A stretch of DNA of 63,090 bases, counting the filler, from Hausera hauseri (taxonomy: Eukaryota): the NCBI GenBank assembly GCA_046269625.1. It is 11 parts of 11 records of this genome, joined end to end, with 100 filler letters (N's around TTAATTAATTAA, not from the genome) between each part and the next. Parts side by side here need not be neighbours in the genome. Positions count along the whole stretch, not along the records: positions 58,473 to 63,090 come from JBJURY010501908.1; 10 more parts are not named here. The stretch is one strand, 5' to 3'. This document shows, in pieces, positions 60,890 through 63,090 of the stretch (the first letter of the stretch is position 1; every line of letters begins with the position of its first letter). The notes beneath the pieces were generated by a model that worked only from the letters and a program-made list of their open reading frames with translations, did not search any database and was not told the origin of the DNA. Position numbers and translations under genes: made by a program.

Positions 60890-63090
60890 ATGCAGACACC
60901 AGTTCCACAAGAAGGAATGGAAATTGATCAACCAGTTTCTGAACTAGCAGTTCATGAGGAGGGACCGAATGTACAAGGGAGTCAAATTATTAAAGATATT
61001 TTAGAAGTAATAGGGCAATCAAACCTAGCCAATCCAGCTAATGTACAAGATATATTAAATATGCTTCAACCAAAACAAGAAACAACGCAAACCGACAAAC
61101 GACCACAAGGTCGTCCAAGAAAAAACCTCTGGGAGCAAGTTAAAGTTGATACTCTAACTAAAGCATTAAGAAAAAGTGAAATTCGAATAATGGACTTTGA
61201 AACAAGACAAATTAAACCGATTCTATGGAGGATTTATAGCTCTCTATTTGCAGTAGAAAATGATCAATTAATTGATGAGCCACTTACTCTTGATATTGAA
61301 AATCACCTGAAGCGAACGTTGGTTCGATTAGAAGCAGCAGTGAAAAATGAACAATTATCAGAACGAATAGACCCCATAGAAGATGGTGAAATAATACAAA
61401 AATGGATTAAGACGGGAGGTTTAACAAAAGATCGCGTTATCACTATTTTAGTATACTTAGTAATGAGAATTAAAAATTCAGCCAATACAACTGAAGAAAG
61501 AGAGAGTAGCTTTGATACAGCTATAGAAATTTTGAAAACATATCTATCTCCAGATATAGATCGAATTGGAGGATGGAATGATTTGTTGAGTTTGGATAAG
61601 CCTCAAAAGACTGAAAGTAAAATATCAGAACGGGGAAATAGAGCAGATAGTCTCGGGGAACATGAACTTTCTGAACTATTCATTAGGGCACAGAGGCTAT
61701 TTAGTGCTACATTACCTAGACCAGGAAGTAATGATTTAACATGGCTAATTATACTTCTTGTGATCTTGTGTCGAGGAACCAATGGTTTTCGAGCATATGA
61801 TTGTGACTATCCAGCTGTTGGGGCTTCATACTCCCTTGTAGATCTAGAAAAATGTCCAGATGCGGAACCCGATAAACTTATATTTGAAGGTACTAAAAAT
61901 TATAGAATATATCAAGAAAATAGATTTATACGAGTGAAAGCGCTTGAATGTAAGCTAACTAAGCAAATAAAGAAATGGCATTGTGGGAAAATGCATCGAC
62001 ATTCAACAAACATATTAATGGCCACACCAAACGAACCGTATGAATTAACAATGGATCAATGTCGAGACGCGGTGAAAAATGGAAAATTAAAAATAAACAA
62101 CAAAGTTGAAATAGGGGCTGCCGTAAACGCTATAAATTATCATACGATCAACGAAGAAGGCTCTATTACAGCTAACGGAGATTGTTATGGAAACACAGTA
62201 GATGGTGTTGCAAGAGTTGTGGTACAGGCATTATATACATTAACTATTGTTGAAAAGGATATTTCATTTGATATACAATCAAAACAATTAATGGTTAAAA
62301 CAGACTGTAAGTACGGTACTGAATACTGTAGAACTACTGATTCCATTATTACTTGGACTGCACCGGTGGTTGAATGTAATTTAGCCTTTCTAAAAAAGAT
62401 AAAATTTAATGTAACCAGGGGAATACGACTTAGTATACCATTTGCACGACGAAATATTGGAAGTGAAAGTGAGGAAGATAAGTTAGAGCAAATAGATACA
62501 CCAACAATTATGATTTCTACGAAGATCGAAGACTCTATAAGATTCATACGAAAAGAAAAAGTAACTAAATGTGGAGTCGAAGATATCTATGCTACTAATA
62601 TGGAAAATATTTATGTTTCAGAAATAGAAATAGAAAACGCTCAGAAGACTGTACATCCCACAGAAGTAAGACCAATGAGTTATTATAATGGAAAAATAGA
62701 TTATTTATTCCATTATATGGTAAATAACCAATATCAAATTTATAAGGATATGATTCAAAACGATTGTTTACTAGCTCAGGATTTATTAGCATTAAGAGTG
62801 ACCGTAGCCGCCATCAATCCAGCTATAGACACGCCTGTACTACCAACAAAAGTAAAAGGTATGTTTGGACGAGTATCAGGAGAAGCTATGATAACATTTA
62901 AGTGTACGGAAGTAATGGTAAACCTAGTGGACATGAAAGCATGCACAAATGAAATAGCGGTGCAATATAAGGATGAAATAAGATATGTAGCCCCGATCAC
63001 TAGAGTTATGTTACAAAAATATGAAGAACCTACTAAAGTAAGAAATTGTTATAAGGAAGTTGCCCCCTTATATAAAATCCATAAGGATGA
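60890..63090 (+). CDS. env: Open ORF running off the window (absent from the ORF track): AT-hook, Bcl-2-like domain, signal peptide, chuvirus-type glycoprotein
   Basis: Hand translation shows no stop over ~733 codons: RPQGRPRK, GGLTKDRVITILVYL, IDRIGGWNDLL, TWLIILLVILCRGTNG, FRAYDC, YSLVDLEKC, WHCG, GEAMITFKC, YVAPITRV. Confidence 0.85.
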   Translation, partial: MQTPVPQEGMEIDQPVSELAVHEEGPNVQGSQIIKDILEVIGQSNLANPANVQDILNMLQPKQETTQTDKRPQGRPRKNLWEQVKVDTLTKALRKSEIRIMDFETRQIKPILWRIYSSLFAVENDQLIDEPLTLDIENHLKRTLVRLEAAVKNEQLSERIDPIEDGEIIQKWIKTGGLTKDRVITILVYLVMRIKNSANTTEERESSFDTAIEILKTYLSPDIDRIGGWNDLLSLDKPQKTESKISERGNRADSLGEHELSELFIRAQRLFSATLPRPGSNDLTWLIILLVILCRGTNGFRAYDCDYPAVGASYSLVDLEKCPDAEPDKLIFEGTKNYRIYQENRFIRVKALECKLTKQIKKWHCGKMHRHSTNILMATPNEPYELTMDQCRDAVKNGKLKINNKVEIGAAVNAINYHTINEEGSITANGDCYGNTVDGVARVVVQALYTLTIVEKDISFDIQSKQLMVKTDCKYGTEYCRTTDSIITWTAPVVECNLAFLKKIKFNVTRGIRLSIPFARRNIGSESEEDKLEQIDTPTIMISTKIEDSIRFIRKEKVTKCGVEDIYATNMENIYVSEIEIENAQKTVHPTEVRPMSYYNGKIDYLFHYMVNNQYQIYKDMIQNDCLLAQDLLALRVTVAAINPAIDTPVLPTKVKGMFGRVSGEAMITFKCTEVMVNLVDMKACTNEIAVQYKDEIRYVAPITRVMLQKYEEPTKVRNCYKEVAPLYKIHKD

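Overview
This window is not one locus. It is 11 contigs joined by identical 100-nt linkers (44 N + TTAATTAATTAA + 44 N): 1-7495, 7596-11761, 11862-16205, 16306-20736, 20837-25996, 26097-30863, 30964-38905, 39006-44610, 44711-53672, 53773-58372 and 58473-63090. The content is AT-rich eukaryotic mobile DNA, probably from an invertebrate, and mostly decayed. It includes three Polinton/adintovirus-type protein-primed polB remnants, a mariner, a hATm-like transposon and several Ty3/Gypsy elements. One of the Gypsy elements is near-intact, with a class I (F-like) env and a -1 gag-pol frameshift signal. The most striking signal is a family of very large envelope-bearing Gypsy elements, pieced together from contigs 4, 9, 10, 11 and part of 5. 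Inferred order: gag CCHC knuckle, SAM-like repeats, ubiquitin-like domain, AT-hook, Bcl-2-like domain, internal signal peptide, chuvirus-type glycoprotein with TM, then PR-RT-RH-IN. After IN come an in-frame signal peptide and FN3-like membrane protein, a catalytically dead DEDDh (REX4/ISG20-like) domain, possibly a RING, and PPT/LTR. The env therefore lies between gag and pol. All domain calls are by-eye motif recognition and need HMM or structure confirmation. The composite spans separate contigs and related but non-identical copies, so it is an inference.
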